A stretch of 48,518 nucleotides of DNA from Nitrospirota bacterium (GTDB taxonomy: Bacteria; Nitrospirota; UBA9217). Made by a program: the position numbers and the translations under genes. Below, one piece after another: positions 35,623 through 46,333 of this stretch; the stretch's first letter is position 1, and each line of letters opens with the position of its first letter. Under the pieces are notes generated by a model. That model was given only the letters and a program-made list of their open reading frames with translations. It searched no databases and was not told the DNA's origin. The stretch covers positions 1 to 48,518 of the forward strand of contig JAYTJE010000127.1 of assembly GCA_043731355.1 (NCBI GenBank). The letters are read 5' to 3'.

Positions 35623-36486
35623 TCAGAATTTAATGCTTCCCATGCCGACTATCTTGTCTGAATCGTCATATCCGGGGGTCTTCTTATTCTGAAACTGAGC
35701 GCCGATGGTCAGGTTTATTCGCTCACTCACCATCCTCAGTCCGTAGGTAATTGCTGAATAGTCCAGTCCGTAGACATTGACGACAGACTTGCCGCCCACA
35801 AATCCGTACTCCAGGAACAGCTGCAGGTTCCTTTGCTTGCTTATGGGCAGCAGTATCCCTGCGTTCATGCTGCCATATCTGTCCCGGTATCTGCTATTGG
35901 TCAGATCGTGAAGAGCCATAGTGGCGTCGGCATAGATGCCAAGGATGTGCTCTTCCCAGGATATTTCACTTCCTGCTGAAACCCCTATATGTAAGCCCCA
36001 GTTCTTTACCTGCGTAAAACCACTCTTTGTGTCTTCTGAGGGAAACAGTGCGGTCAACAGGAACGACACGACCGGCACGGAAGAATACTCCTGCTGCGGC
36101 TTGAAATTCCACTTATAGGCTAACTCGGGATTGCCCACGCCGTGTGATCCTATTTGCGGGCCCGTTCCTGTCTGTTGGCTGAAGTAGGTGGCCCTGAAGG
36201 CCATTTCCATGTCGTGGCCGATCCCGGCAGCGAGCACAACCGGGGATTCATTCAGCGTATAGGCCGGTATGGCGCTGTCTTCGGATAAGGAAGCAAATCC
36301 GGCCTCAACAACGCCCGGAGCCAGGGTGTACGGCGTCGTGGTATAGAGCAGTCCCGTAAGACCATTCAAATTGATCGGACGGTTCACCATTTCGAGTTCT
36401 TCGGCTTGCAGGCCGGTTGACGGCAGGAGGGGTGTCGCAAACAGGACAGCCAGGATGACCAGAATAGCGCGATAAAATATGATCAT
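35623..36486 (-). CDS. Putative outer-membrane beta-barrel protein (paralog 1)
   Basis: Signal peptide, 'VNRPINLNGLTGLL', amphipathic beta-strands, 'GVGNPELAYKW', C-terminal Phe. ATGA overlap with the phosphomannomutase stop. Confidence 0.65.
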   Translation of the reverse strand: MIIFYRAILVILAVLFATPLLPSTGLQAEELEMVNRPINLNGLTGLLYTTTPYTLAPGVVEAGFASLSEDSAIPAYTLNESPVVLAAGIGHDMEMAFRATYFSQQTGTGPQIGSHGVGNPELAYKWNFKPQQEYSSVPVVSFLLTALFPSEDTKSGFTQVKNWGLHIGVSAGSEISWEEHILGIYADATMALHDLTNSRYRDRYGSMNAGILLPISKQRNLQLFLEYGFVGGKSVVNVYGLDYSAITYGLRMVSERINLTIGAQFQNKKTPGYDDSDKIVGMGSIKF

Positions 36487-37934
36487 GGGATGTTCGCCTC
36501 ATCCTTTATCAAGCGGTGAACAGCTTCTTCGATCAGCGTCTGTATCGTTCTGAGCGAGTCCTGAGAATTGGCTTCAAAACGCATCACGAGCACCGGCTGC
36601 GTATTTGAGGCCCGGACAAGGCCCCATCCGTCGTCATACACAACGCGAATGCCGTCAACCGTGATAACCTCCCGAGGTTTCATAGGGAGGACATTATCGT
36701 TGCCGGTAAAGAGCTTTTTCGCCCTCTCAACGACCAGAAACTTGAGGTGGTCAGGACAGGCGACGCGAATCTCGGGTGTGTTAAAGGTCTTCGGCAGGTC
36801 CGCGAGCAGCGAACTTAGCCGCAGGCCGTTCCCCTGCTCCCGTTTGTATTTTTTCAGGAGCTCCACCAGGCGGCAGGCCGCATAGATGGCATCGTCGTAG
36901 CCGAAATACCGGTCGGCAAAGAACAGGTGACCGCTCATTTCCCCCGCCATGGCCGCATGAAGCTCTTTCATCCTGGCCTTGATCAGCGAATGGCCTGTTT
37001 TCCACATACAAGCGACGCCCCCCCTTGCCCGAATGTCGTCATACATGGTTTGCGAACACTTCACTTCAGATACAAAGGTAGCGCCCGGCAGGTTTTTCAG
37101 GATGTCCCTCGAAAAGAGCACCATAAGTTGATCGCCCCAGAGGATATTCCCCTGCTCGTCAACAACGCCGATCCTGTCGGAATCGCCGTCAAAGGCGAGC
37201 CCCATATCGGCATGGGTATTCCTGACCGTCTCGATGAGGGTCGAGAGGTTCTGCGGAATCGTGGGATCAGGATGGTGATTGGGAAACCTGCCATCGGGTT
37301 CAGAAAAGAGTTCTATTGTTTCACAGCCCATGGCGCGTATAAGCTCGGGCGCGGCAAGGCCGGCTGTTCCGTTCCCCGAGTCGAGTACGACCTTGAGCGG
37401 TATCTCACGGTGCTCGGGGAATTGATCCCTAAGATACGCGATATAATCGGGCAAAATAACTCGATGGTCGATCCGGCCGAGCGGGTTCTCCCCTGCCCCC
37501 GGTTTGCCTGCGGGAGAGGGCGTCAGCTTTTCCTCATTTTCCATGATCCGTTTCAGCTTCTGGAGCTCTTCGCCATAGATCGTATCGTGGCCAACGCAGA
37601 GTTTAAAGCCGTTGAACTCCGCCGGATTGTGACTGCCGGTGACCATCACTCCGGCCCCGGCTTTCAGATGAAAAAGCGAAAAGTAAAGGGCCGGCGTGGG
37701 ACAAAGTCCGAGGATCGTGACATTCATCCCAGAGGATGATAATCCTTGCACGATCGCATTGCACAGCCGTGGTGAACTGGTCCGGGCATCATAACCCACG
37801 GTCACGGTGGTGATACCCTTCGTCGAGAGGGAAGCGGCAAAGGCGCGTCCCAGAGCCTCTATAAGGGGGGAGGTAAGGTCCCGTTCCGCGATACCGCGGA
37901 TATCGTATTCTCGAAAAATTTCAGGATTTATCAT
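36483..37934 (-). CDS. manB: Phosphomannomutase/phosphoglucomutase (AlgC/ManB type)
   Basis: 'IFREYDIRG', 'TGSHNP', 'DGDSDR', 'GEMSGH', 'VRASNTQP'. Confidence 0.92.
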   Translation of the reverse strand: MINPEIFREYDIRGIAERDLTSPLIEALGRAFAASLSTKGITTVTVGYDARTSSPRLCNAIVQGLSSSGMNVTILGLCPTPALYFSLFHLKAGAGVMVTGSHNPAEFNGFKLCVGHDTIYGEELQKLKRIMENEEKLTPSPAGKPGAGENPLGRIDHRVILPDYIAYLRDQFPEHREIPLKVVLDSGNGTAGLAAPELIRAMGCETIELFSEPDGRFPNHHPDPTIPQNLSTLIETVRNTHADMGLAFDGDSDRIGVVDEQGNILWGDQLMVLFSRDILKNLPGATFVSEVKCSQTMYDDIRARGGVACMWKTGHSLIKARMKELHAAMAGEMSGHLFFADRYFGYDDAIYAACRLVELLKKYKREQGNGLRLSSLLADLPKTFNTPEIRVACPDHLKFLVVERAKKLFTGNDNVLPMKPREVITVDGIRVVYDDGWGLVRASNTQPVLVMRFEANSQDSLRTIQTLIEEAVHRLIKDEANIP

Positions 37935-39400
37935 GGTTTTTCCGTTCTCACCGGAGGCAAGGGACGACGGTTCTTTCTTTCGTGTCGTTTATAATCATCG
38001 TCAAATCGGACGATATCATCTTCTCCCAGATACTCTCCGCTCTGGATCTCGATGATCTGAAGGGGTACGAGGCCGGGATTTTCCAGCCGGTGTTTTGCCG
38101 ATATTGGGATATAGGTGCTCTCATTCGGGTGGACGTCATAGGTCCTGTCGTTGTTGGTAACGCGGGCGGCGCCGGCCACCACGACCCAATGCTCACTCCG
38201 ATGATGATGTGCCTGGTAGGAAAGTTTTGCGCCGGGATTGATCTCAAGACGCTTGATCTTGTATCGCTCCCCTTCCTCAAGGACCGTATAGCTGCCCCAC
38301 GGGCGGCGCACGGTGCGATGGAAAAGGTGTTCTTCCGCCTTGCGTTTTTTGAGCTCCTCGACGATCTTTTTAACGTCCTGTGCATTCTCCTTGCCGCAGA
38401 CAAGGGTCGCGTCAGGCGTGTCCACAACGATCGCATCACGCAGGCCGATGGTGGCCACCAGTCTTTTTTCGGCATAGATAACCGAATTGCTGCTGCCCAG
38501 ATCGATGACATTCCCGGAGATGATATTGCCTGATGCGTCTTTATCCAAGACCTCATCGAGAGCGGCCCAACTTCCCACATCCGACCATTCAATGTCAGCG
38601 GGAACCATTGCCGCCTTATCGGTTTTTTCCATCACGGCGTAGTCAATGGAGATCGATTTGAGCTTCTGGAACACCGAGGTCACCACCTCGGTTTCCCGGT
38701 CTGTGCCGATGCTGTTTTGAATCTCCATCAGTCCCTGATACATCGCCGGCTGGTGCTTTTCAAGTTCAGCCAGGAAGGTCTTCACCTTCCAGACAAACAT
38801 GCCGCTGTTCCAATAGTAGTTCCCATTCGTGAGATAGGTTTGGGCGGTTTTTTGGTCCGGCTTTTCAACGAATGCATTGACGGCGTACACGCCCTTGATT
38901 CCAGGGTCTTCGATCAAAGCTCCGGCCTTGATGTAGCCATATCCCGTTTCGGGGCGGTTCGGCTTGATGCCGAGCGTCACCAGGTAATCCTGTTGCGCCG
39001 CCGCGGCCGCGACACGGATCAGGCGCAGAAACTGTTCTTCCCGGCGGATAGCGTGGTCCGCGGACAAGACGACCATGACGGCATCGGGATCTATTCTGTT
39101 CAGATGCAGCGCGGATAACCCCAGTGCCGGAGCCGTGTTCCGGGCCAGTGGCTCAAAAATGAGGTTCGAATCCCAAGCGCCGCCAAACCGGGAAGAAAGC
39201 TGTTGGTCAAGGTCGTCCGCCAACCCGTGGTTCGTAACAATGAAAACGTCCTCCCGGGGGATAAGGGGAAGTATGCGGCCCACGGTCTCCTGGATGAGCG
39301 TATCATTGCCGCCGAGCTTCAGGAGCTGTTTAGGCATTGTTTCGCGGGACAACGGCCAGAACCGCGTTCCCGAACCACCGGCCATGATAACAGCGAACAT
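37931..39400 (-). CDS. manC: Mannose-1-phosphate guanylyltransferase/mannose-6-phosphate isomerase
   Basis: 'MAGGSGTRFWPLSR..PKQ', 'FVEKP', 'WNSG', 'SIDYAVME', cupin 'RPWG..HHHRSEHW'. Confidence 0.95.
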   Translation of the reverse strand: MFAVIMAGGSGTRFWPLSRETMPKQLLKLGGNDTLIQETVGRILPLIPREDVFIVTNHGLADDLDQQLSSRFGGAWDSNLIFEPLARNTAPALGLSALHLNRIDPDAVMVVLSADHAIRREEQFLRLIRVAAAAAQQDYLVTLGIKPNRPETGYGYIKAGALIEDPGIKGVYAVNAFVEKPDQKTAQTYLTNGNYYWNSGMFVWKVKTFLAELEKHQPAMYQGLMEIQNSIGTDRETEVVTSVFQKLKSISIDYAVMEKTDKAAMVPADIEWSDVGSWAALDEVLDKDASGNIISGNVIDLGSSNSVIYAEKRLVATIGLRDAIVVDTPDATLVCGKENAQDVKKIVEELKKRKAEEHLFHRTVRRPWGSYTVLEEGERYKIKRLEINPGAKLSYQAHHHRSEHWVVVAGAARVTNNDRTYDVHPNESTYIPISAKHRLENPGLVPLQIIEIQSGEYLGEDDIVRFDDDYKRHERKNRRPLPPVRTEKP

Positions 39401-39486
39401 ATTAGATCTCCTTCGATTCAGGGATTTAGGGCGCTTCTGTCAGGACCGTTGTTTCAGCAAACAACGCTGTTCTTGTACACGCTGCA

Positions 39487-40434
39487 TCAAGCTCCCTTGA
39501 TGCCATGATCCAGATACCACGCGTAGGTCTTCTCGATACCCTGGTGAAGAGACACTTTCGGCGACCAGCCGAGCTGAAGTATTTTGCCGACATCAAGAAG
39601 TTTTTTGGGAGTTCCATCCGGTTTTGAAAGATCCTGTTCGAGTTCGCCTTCATAACCCACCACCGTTCTGACCAGCTCCGCGAGCGCTCTGATGGTAATG
39701 TCCTTGCCGGTCCCGATGTTGATGAATTCGCCGATATCGCCGCAGCTGTAGTGTTCTATCAGAAAACAGCAGGCTTCTGCAAGGTCGTCAACGTACAGAA
39801 ATTCGCGAAAGGGTTTCCCGGTGCCCCAAAGCGTTACCTTCGGCTGGTGCGACAGCTTGGCTTCGTGAAACCGGCGAATGAGCGCCGGCAGCACATGGGA
39901 GGTTGCCGGATCGAAATTGTCATGAGGACCATAGAGATTGGTGGGCATGGCCGAGATGAAGTCGGCGCCGTACTGTTCATGATAATACCGGCAGAGCTTG
40001 ATCGCGGCTATTTTCGCAATGGCATAGGGTTCGTTCGTCGGCTCCAGCAGGCCGGTGAGGAGATGCTCCTCCTTCATGGGCTGCGGGGCGAATTTCGGGT
40101 AGATGCAGGATGAACCGAGATTGAGGAGTTTTTTTACGCCGGACCGGTATGCCGCGTCGATGACATTCGCCGCGATCATGATGTTATTGTAGATGAACTC
40201 CGCCTTATAGGTACTGTTGGCCAGAATACCGCCTACTTTTGCCGCTGCCAGAAATACGTATTCCGGTTTTTCCTGCCTAAAGAAGGCTTCCACATCGGCC
40301 TGGCGCCTCAGATCCAGTTCTTTGCTGGTCCGGGTAACCACCCGGGTGTATCCCGTTGTCTGGAGCCTGGTAAGGATCGCTGAACCGACGAGTCCGCGGT
40401 GGCCGGCGATGTAGATTTTTGAATTCTTAATCAC
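39487..40434 (-). CDS. fcl: GDP-L-fucose synthase
   Basis: 'GHRGLVGSA', 'AAAKVGGI', 'LGSSCIYPK', 'YAIAK', 'PTNLYG', 'REFLYVDD', 'PDGTP'. Confidence 0.95.
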   Translation of the reverse strand: MIKNSKIYIAGHRGLVGSAILTRLQTTGYTRVVTRTSKELDLRRQADVEAFFRQEKPEYVFLAAAKVGGILANSTYKAEFIYNNIMIAANVIDAAYRSGVKKLLNLGSSCIYPKFAPQPMKEEHLLTGLLEPTNEPYAIAKIAAIKLCRYYHEQYGADFISAMPTNLYGPHDNFDPATSHVLPALIRRFHEAKLSHQPKVTLWGTGKPFREFLYVDDLAEACCFLIEHYSCGDIGEFINIGTGKDITIRALAELVRTVVGYEGELEQDLSKPDGTPKKLLDVGKILQLGWSPKVSLHQGIEKTYAWYLDHGIKGA

Positions 40435-40443
40435 GGGCGGCCT

Positions 40444-41574
40444 TTATATTTGTTTGTTCTTTGTCCAGAGAATACCTTTGTTCTTCAGAATCTGCATTCC
40501 TTCACCCGGAGAAGGAAGATGGAGCGCTTCCAGATCGGCATCTACCATGATCTTCACCAGTTCCTTGAAGGTTATTTTCGGCGTCCATCCCAGTTGCTTC
40601 TTTGCTTTGGAAGCATCGGCAAGCAGGTAATCAACTTCAGTAGGACGGAAATAGCGCGGATCGATCTCGAGCAGGTGCGCGCCCGCTGCAAGGTGAGCGG
40701 AGTGAGCTGCCCTGAGAGAACGGACAACGCCTTTTTCCTCGGTGCCCTTCCCCTTCCACTCAAGCTCAATGCCCGCATACTGGAAGGCCAGCTCCACGAA
40801 TTCCCTGACCGTATGGCTTTCACCGGTGCCGATGACAAAGTCTTCAGGTTTTTCCTGCTGGAGCATGAGCCATTGGCATTCAACATACTCAGGCGCGAAT
40901 CCCCAGTCCCGTTTTGCGTCGAGATTGCCGAGGTACAGCCTGTCCTGCTTGCCCGCAAGAATGGCGGCTACTGCCCGGGTGATCTTTCTGGTCACGAAGG
41001 TTTCCCCTCTGCGGGGCGATTCGTGGTTAAAAAGAATGCCGTTGCAGGCGAACTGCCCATAGCCTTCACGGTAATTCACGGTCAGCCAGTAGGCATACAC
41101 TTTTGCGGCGGCATAGGGGCTGCGCGGATAAAAAGGCGTGGCTTCATTCTGCGGCGGCCTGGTGGCGCCGAACATCTCGGACGATGACGCCTGATAGTAC
41201 CTGGTCTTGATGCCGCTGTGCCGGATGCTTTCAAGAACACGAGTGGCCCCCAGGGCAACGATGTCGCCCGTATATTCCGGTATGTCAAAGCTGACCCGCA
41301 CGTGGCTTTGGGCCGCGAGATTATAAACTTCATCGGGTTTGATGTTGTAAATGATATGCGTTAACTGACCAGAGTCGGCAAGGTCGCCATAATGCAGAAA
41401 GAGCCTGGTCCCCTGGATGTGCGGGTCTGTGTAAATGTGGTCAATTTTACCCGTGTTGAAGGTGCTTGCGCGGCGGATAAGGCCATGGACCTCATAGCCT
41501 TTTGAGAGCAGAAGCTCCGCGAGATACGAGCCATCTTGTCCGGTGATGCCGGTGATGAGAGCGGTTTTTTTCAT
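40444..41574 (-). CDS. gmd: GDP-mannose 4,6-dehydratase
   Basis: '[10 protein letters not shown]', 'AAQSHV', 'QASSSE', 'PRSPY..AK', 'FNHESPRRG', 'RDWG', 'RPTEV'. Start placed at MKKTAL. Confidence 0.96.
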   Translation of the reverse strand: MKKTALITGITGQDGSYLAELLLSKGYEVHGLIRRASTFNTGKIDHIYTDPHIQGTRLFLHYGDLADSGQLTHIIYNIKPDEVYNLAAQSHVRVSFDIPEYTGDIVALGATRVLESIRHSGIKTRYYQASSSEMFGATRPPQNEATPFYPRSPYAAAKVYAYWLTVNYREGYGQFACNGILFNHESPRRGETFVTRKITRAVAAILAGKQDRLYLGNLDAKRDWGFAPEYVECQWLMLQQEKPEDFVIGTGESHTVREFVELAFQYAGIELEWKGKGTEEKGVVRSLRAAHSAHLAAGAHLLEIDPRYFRPTEVDYLLADASKAKKQLGWTPKITFKELVKIMVDADLEALHLPSPGEGMQILKNKGILWTKNKQI

Positions 41575-41656
41575 GGGTGATGCGCCTCCCGGGATATTGT
41601 TGTTTGTGTTCATCATAACATAACCTGTCTGCGGCATTGCGGATAGCGCTGGGGGC

Positions 41657-42757
41657 TTACCGTGAATAATTCTTTTCCATCCAGTTCAGGTATTCCTTGC
41701 TCCTGATGCTGTTTACCCAGGCGCTGTTGTTCAGAAACCAGGCTATCGTATCGCGCAGCCCGATTTCAAAGTCGTGTTTTTGGGTCCACCCGAGCGTATT
41801 CTTGATCTTGTCGCAATTGATGGCGTAGCGGCGGTCGTGGCCGGGCCGGTCTTTCACAAAGGTGATAAGCTCGCGATAGTGCTTGACCTGCTGGTTGCCC
41901 TTCAACGGCCGCATTGTTTCGAGCAAAGCGCAGACCTCATCAATGAGCTCGATGTTCTTTTTTTCACATTCGCCGCCGATATTGTACGTTTCCCCTGCTT
42001 TGCCCTTTTGCAGGATCAGCCAGATCGCCTCACAGTGGTCCTCGACGTAGAGCCAGTCCCGCACATTTTTCCCGTCACCATAGACCGGAAGGTCCTTGCC
42101 TTCCACGGCATTCAGGATCATCAGCGGGATGAGCTTTTCCGGGAACTGGTAGGGCCCGTAATTATTCGAGCAGTTCGACAGCGTGACCGGCATTCCGTAG
42201 GTATGATGATAGGCCCTGACAATATGGTCGGACGCCGCCTTGGACGCCGAGTAAGGGCTTCGGGGGTCATACGGCGTGGTCTCAAAAAAATACCCTTCCG
42301 CCCCGAGTGAGCCGAAGACCTCATCGGTGCTGATATGGTGAAACCGCACATCGGTCCGTTCTTTCCAGAATTGCCGTGCGGCTTCGAGCAGCGTAAAGGT
42401 GCCGTTCACATTGGTTTCGATAAAGTTTTTGGGACCGACGATGGACCGGTCAACATGGCTTTCCGCGGCAAAATGCACGATAACGTTGATCTCGTGGGTC
42501 TTGAGCAATTGCTCCACCCGGGTGTGGTCGCAAATATCTCCCCGCTCAAAGACGTACCGGCCGGGGCCGAATTTTTTATTGATATCTTCAAGGTTCAGCA
42601 GGTTTCCCGCATAGGTCAGTTTGTCAAAATTAATGATCCTGCCCTTGAAATCCGTCTGATTCAGAACGTATCGGATGAAACAGGAGCCAATAAAGCCGGC
42701 GCCGCCGGTCACCATGATATTCGCCGAAGGCAGGAAGTTCGCACTGGCCTTAGTCAT
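41657..42757 (-). CDS. rfbB: dTDP-glucose 4,6-dehydratase
   Basis: 'TGGAGFIG', 'DKLTYAGN', '[10 protein letters not shown]', 'STDEV', 'YSASK', '[14 protein letters not shown]', 'DRPGHDRRY'. Confidence 0.96.
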   Translation of the reverse strand: MTKASANFLPSANIMVTGGAGFIGSCFIRYVLNQTDFKGRIINFDKLTYAGNLLNLEDINKKFGPGRYVFERGDICDHTRVEQLLKTHEINVIVHFAAESHVDRSIVGPKNFIETNVNGTFTLLEAARQFWKERTDVRFHHISTDEVFGSLGAEGYFFETTPYDPRSPYSASKAASDHIVRAYHHTYGMPVTLSNCSNNYGPYQFPEKLIPLMILNAVEGKDLPVYGDGKNVRDWLYVEDHCEAIWLILQKGKAGETYNIGGECEKKNIELIDEVCALLETMRPLKGNQQVKHYRELITFVKDRPGHDRRYAINCDKIKNTLGWTQKHDFEIGLRDTIAWFLNNSAWVNSIRSKEYLNWMEKNYSR

Positions 42758-43607
42758 GAGCACTATTCCTTTCACGGATAAATGATGCGACCGCCTCCTG
42801 CCACGCCGGGATGCTCAGGTTGAGCTGACGGCATAGGTGTTCATTGCTCATTGCGGAGAACCGGGGGCGTTGGGCGGGCAGCTTGAAACTGTCCATGGAC
42901 ACCGGCCGGATGAACTTTTGTACGCCCAGTTCGCGGAGAATGCATTGTGCCCATTCATAACGGGAGCAATAGCCGCTGTTCGTAAGATGGTAAAGGCCGA
43001 AAACGCCCTGTTCCAGCGCCTTCATGGTCACCTGGACGACCGTATGGGTAGAGGTCGGCACGGAGAACTCGTCACAGGCGATTTTCAGGAAGGCATTATT
43101 CCGCGACCACTCGGAAAGTTTATGAATAAAATTCTGCTTCCCTTCGCCAAAGACCCAGCTCAAGCGGAAGATGAGCTGCTTGTCCGTCCCCTCCTGCACC
43201 AGCCGCTCCCCTTCCCGTTTGCTCTCGCCATACACGTTGAGAGGATGGACCGGGTCCTGCTCCGTATACAGACCGTTTTCCTTGGCCCCGTCGAAAACAT
43301 AGTCCGATCCAAAATGCACCAGGATCGCGTTGTGGGTTCTGGCCGCCGCAGCGAGTATCCCGGGGCCTTTTGCATTGACGGAGAATACTTTTTCACGCTC
43401 CTGCTCAGCCTTGTCCACGAGGTTATAGGCGGCGCAATTGATGATCACGTCCGGTTTATAGGAACCCACCGCCTGAAGCACGGCGGCGCGGTCCGTAATA
43501 TCAAATGCGGACTCGTCAGGAGCAACGAACTCCGTTGTTCTTCGATGGAATTCCTGCTGAAAGGCGCGCGCAAGCTGCCCGTTCTTTCCGGTGATAAGGT
43601 ATCTCAT
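42750..43607 (-). CDS. rfbD: dTDP-4-dehydrorhamnose reductase
   Basis: 'TG.NGQL', 'NCAAY..VD.AE', 'SDYVFDG', 'P.NVYG.SK', 'RP.FS'. Confidence 0.93.
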   Translation of the reverse strand: MRYLITGKNGQLARAFQQEFHRRTTEFVAPDESAFDITDRAAVLQAVGSYKPDVIINCAAYNLVDKAEQEREKVFSVNAKGPGILAAAARTHNAILVHFGSDYVFDGAKENGLYTEQDPVHPLNVYGESKREGERLVQEGTDKQLIFRLSWVFGEGKQNFIHKLSEWSRNNAFLKIACDEFSVPTSTHTVVQVTMKALEQGVFGLYHLTNSGYCSRYEWAQCILRELGVQKFIRPVSMDSFKLPAQRPRFSAMSNEHLCRQLNLSIPAWQEAVASFIRERNSAHD

Positions 43608-43610
43608 AGG

Positions 43611-44165
43611 TTAGAGGGTAAAGTTATTGTCCGCATTCTTGAGCACGGGATGGACAATGTCCTTTTTGGAAAGGAGCGGATCGGGAAGCGGCCAGGCAAT
43701 GGCCAGTGCGGGATCGTTCCAGATGATGCCGCGGTCGGCTGCGGGATAATATTCGGACGTGCATTTATAGAGCACTTCGGCAAAAGCAGTGAGGACCTGG
43801 AAGCCGTGCGCGAATCCTACCGGCACATAGAGCAAATGATTGTTCTCTTCCGTGAGCTCTGCGCCGACCCATTTGCCGTAGGTGGGAGAGCCCTTTCTGA
43901 TGTCCACTGCCACGTCAAAGATGCTCCCCTTTACGCACCGGATCAGCTTGCCCTGGCCATGGGGGGCCTTCTGATAATGGAGCCCCCGCAGGACGCCCTT
44001 TTCCGAGCGGGAGTAGTTGTCCTGGGTAAAGTGCTCGGGGATGCCCGCTTCCATGAACTCGGAATGCTTGTAGGTCTCCAGAAAAAAGCCCCTTCCGTCC
44101 GGGAAGACCTTTGGTTCGATGAGTTGCACGCCGGGGATCGGGAGTCTCTTAAAGGTAAACGGCAT
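43611..44165 (-). CDS. rfbC: dTDP-4-dehydrorhamnose 3,5-epimerase
   Basis: 'D.RGFF.E', 'QDN.S.S..GVLRGLHYQ', 'DVAVDIR', 'GFAHGF', 'LSKKD'. Confidence 0.95.
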   Translation of the reverse strand: MPFTFKRLPIPGVQLIEPKVFPDGRGFFLETYKHSEFMEAGIPEHFTQDNYSRSEKGVLRGLHYQKAPHGQGKLIRCVKGSIFDVAVDIRKGSPTYGKWVGAELTEENNHLLYVPVGFAHGFQVLTAFAEVLYKCTSEYYPAADRGIIWNDPALAIAWPLPDPLLSKKDIVHPVLKNADNNFTL

Positions 44166-44236
44166 AGCGGGTAATGGTCCTTATGTGATGAGTAACTGCT
44201 CGGGTATTCAGGCTGAAGAACGAAGGCTGACAGTGC

Positions 44237-45163
44237 CTAAAACTGATAACTGCAGGTGCCGGTCCACCGGATGGTGTCTTTATACCCAGTCGTGTCTTTT
44301 TGCAGGAACTGCGCGCCGGCCGTAATGCTCAGGGTGTCCGTCACATAGCGAAGGGCCGGTGTGATGCCCAGTTGGTTGCCCTCGGCAAGGGCTGTCGTGC
44401 CCATCGTTTTTTTGATGGTATCGCTCAGCTCCAGCATGGCCTGAAACCGGTTGTTCGCGCTGATCGGCAGCAGGAGACCGGCGTTGAGGACGCCATAGCG
44501 GTCCTGGGTGCTTGTTTTGGTACCCGCGGAGAAGCCGTCAATGAACACCATCTGCGCTTCCAGGTAGATGCCCAGGAAGGAGTTGTCCAGAATTTTTGTC
44601 TCCGATGAAGCCAGCGCCATGAGCTTTGCGCCCCAGTCGGTTACTTCGTTTATGCCCTTTGAGGTCCCCTTTGCATCGCTTCCCGTGGGAAGCATCCCCA
44701 CCATGCCGAGGGCCAGTTCAGGAAACGTGGTACTATGCGTGTTCAATCTCCATTTAAGGGCCACTTCAGAGTCGCCGAGTCCCTTTTCCTTGTTCTTCGC
44801 GTAATTAATATATTTTGCTTTCACGCCTGCTTCAAGGGTATCCGTTATGCCGTAGGTGAGCGTGATGGGCACCTGAATGACGCTGTAATTGGGGGTTTTG
44901 CTGTCCTCGCCCAGCGCGGATGCGGCCACGGCCAGGGTGCCGACTCGCCGGGTGAAGGCGGAGTTCATTATCAAAAGGCCCGTGAGGCCCTGGATATTGG
45001 GCGGGCGGTTCACTGCCTCGACAACCTGTTCCGCGCGCTTTTCTCTGCTGTACAGATCGCCGTCCAGGTCATAGGTCTGGGCCAGGGAGATGCTGTTCGT
45101 TCCGAGGAACCAGCTCATGCAGAGGAATAAAAGAATGGTCCTGAGCGCTATTCTGTGTGCCAT
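44237..45163 (-). CDS. Putative outer-membrane beta-barrel protein (paralog 2)
   Basis: Signal peptide, 'VNRPPNIQGLTGLL', 'GLGDSEVALKW', 'DRYGVLNAGLLLPIS', C-terminal YQF. ATG 45163 has SD GAGGTG. Confidence 0.65.
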   Translation of the reverse strand: MAHRIALRTILLFLCMSWFLGTNSISLAQTYDLDGDLYSREKRAEQVVEAVNRPPNIQGLTGLLIMNSAFTRRVGTLAVAASALGEDSKTPNYSVIQVPITLTYGITDTLEAGVKAKYINYAKNKEKGLGDSEVALKWRLNTHSTTFPELALGMVGMLPTGSDAKGTSKGINEVTDWGAKLMALASSETKILDNSFLGIYLEAQMVFIDGFSAGTKTSTQDRYGVLNAGLLLPISANNRFQAMLELSDTIKKTMGTTALAEGNQLGITPALRYVTDTLSITAGAQFLQKDTTGYKDTIRWTGTCSYQF

Positions 45164-45225
45164 GTATTTCACCTCATGATGATACTATGGTATTTGTATC
45201 AGATGTTCAATGAGTTGCAGCACGT

Positions 45226-45254
45226 ACTATAGCAAAGGCGCCAGGTAAAATCAA
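45226..45254 (-). promoter_or_regulatory. Promoter of the beta-barrel/rfb/gmd operon
   Basis: TTGATT-17 nt-TATAGT with a TG extension, on the - strand. Confidence 0.6.
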
Positions 45255-45290
45255 TAAGTTAATTTCCGCATAACTGCAAACAGTAGCGGA

Positions 45291-46280
<990 letters not shown>

Positions 46281-46333
46281 CTAAATACAGTGAATGGTGA
46301 ATATGCCCTTCTTCACCCTTCCCAGTCCCTACC

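Noticed and set aside
42837-44174. 445-aa plus-strand ORF
   Set aside because: Antisense to the well-supported rfbD and rfbC genes, a typical high-GC shadow frame.
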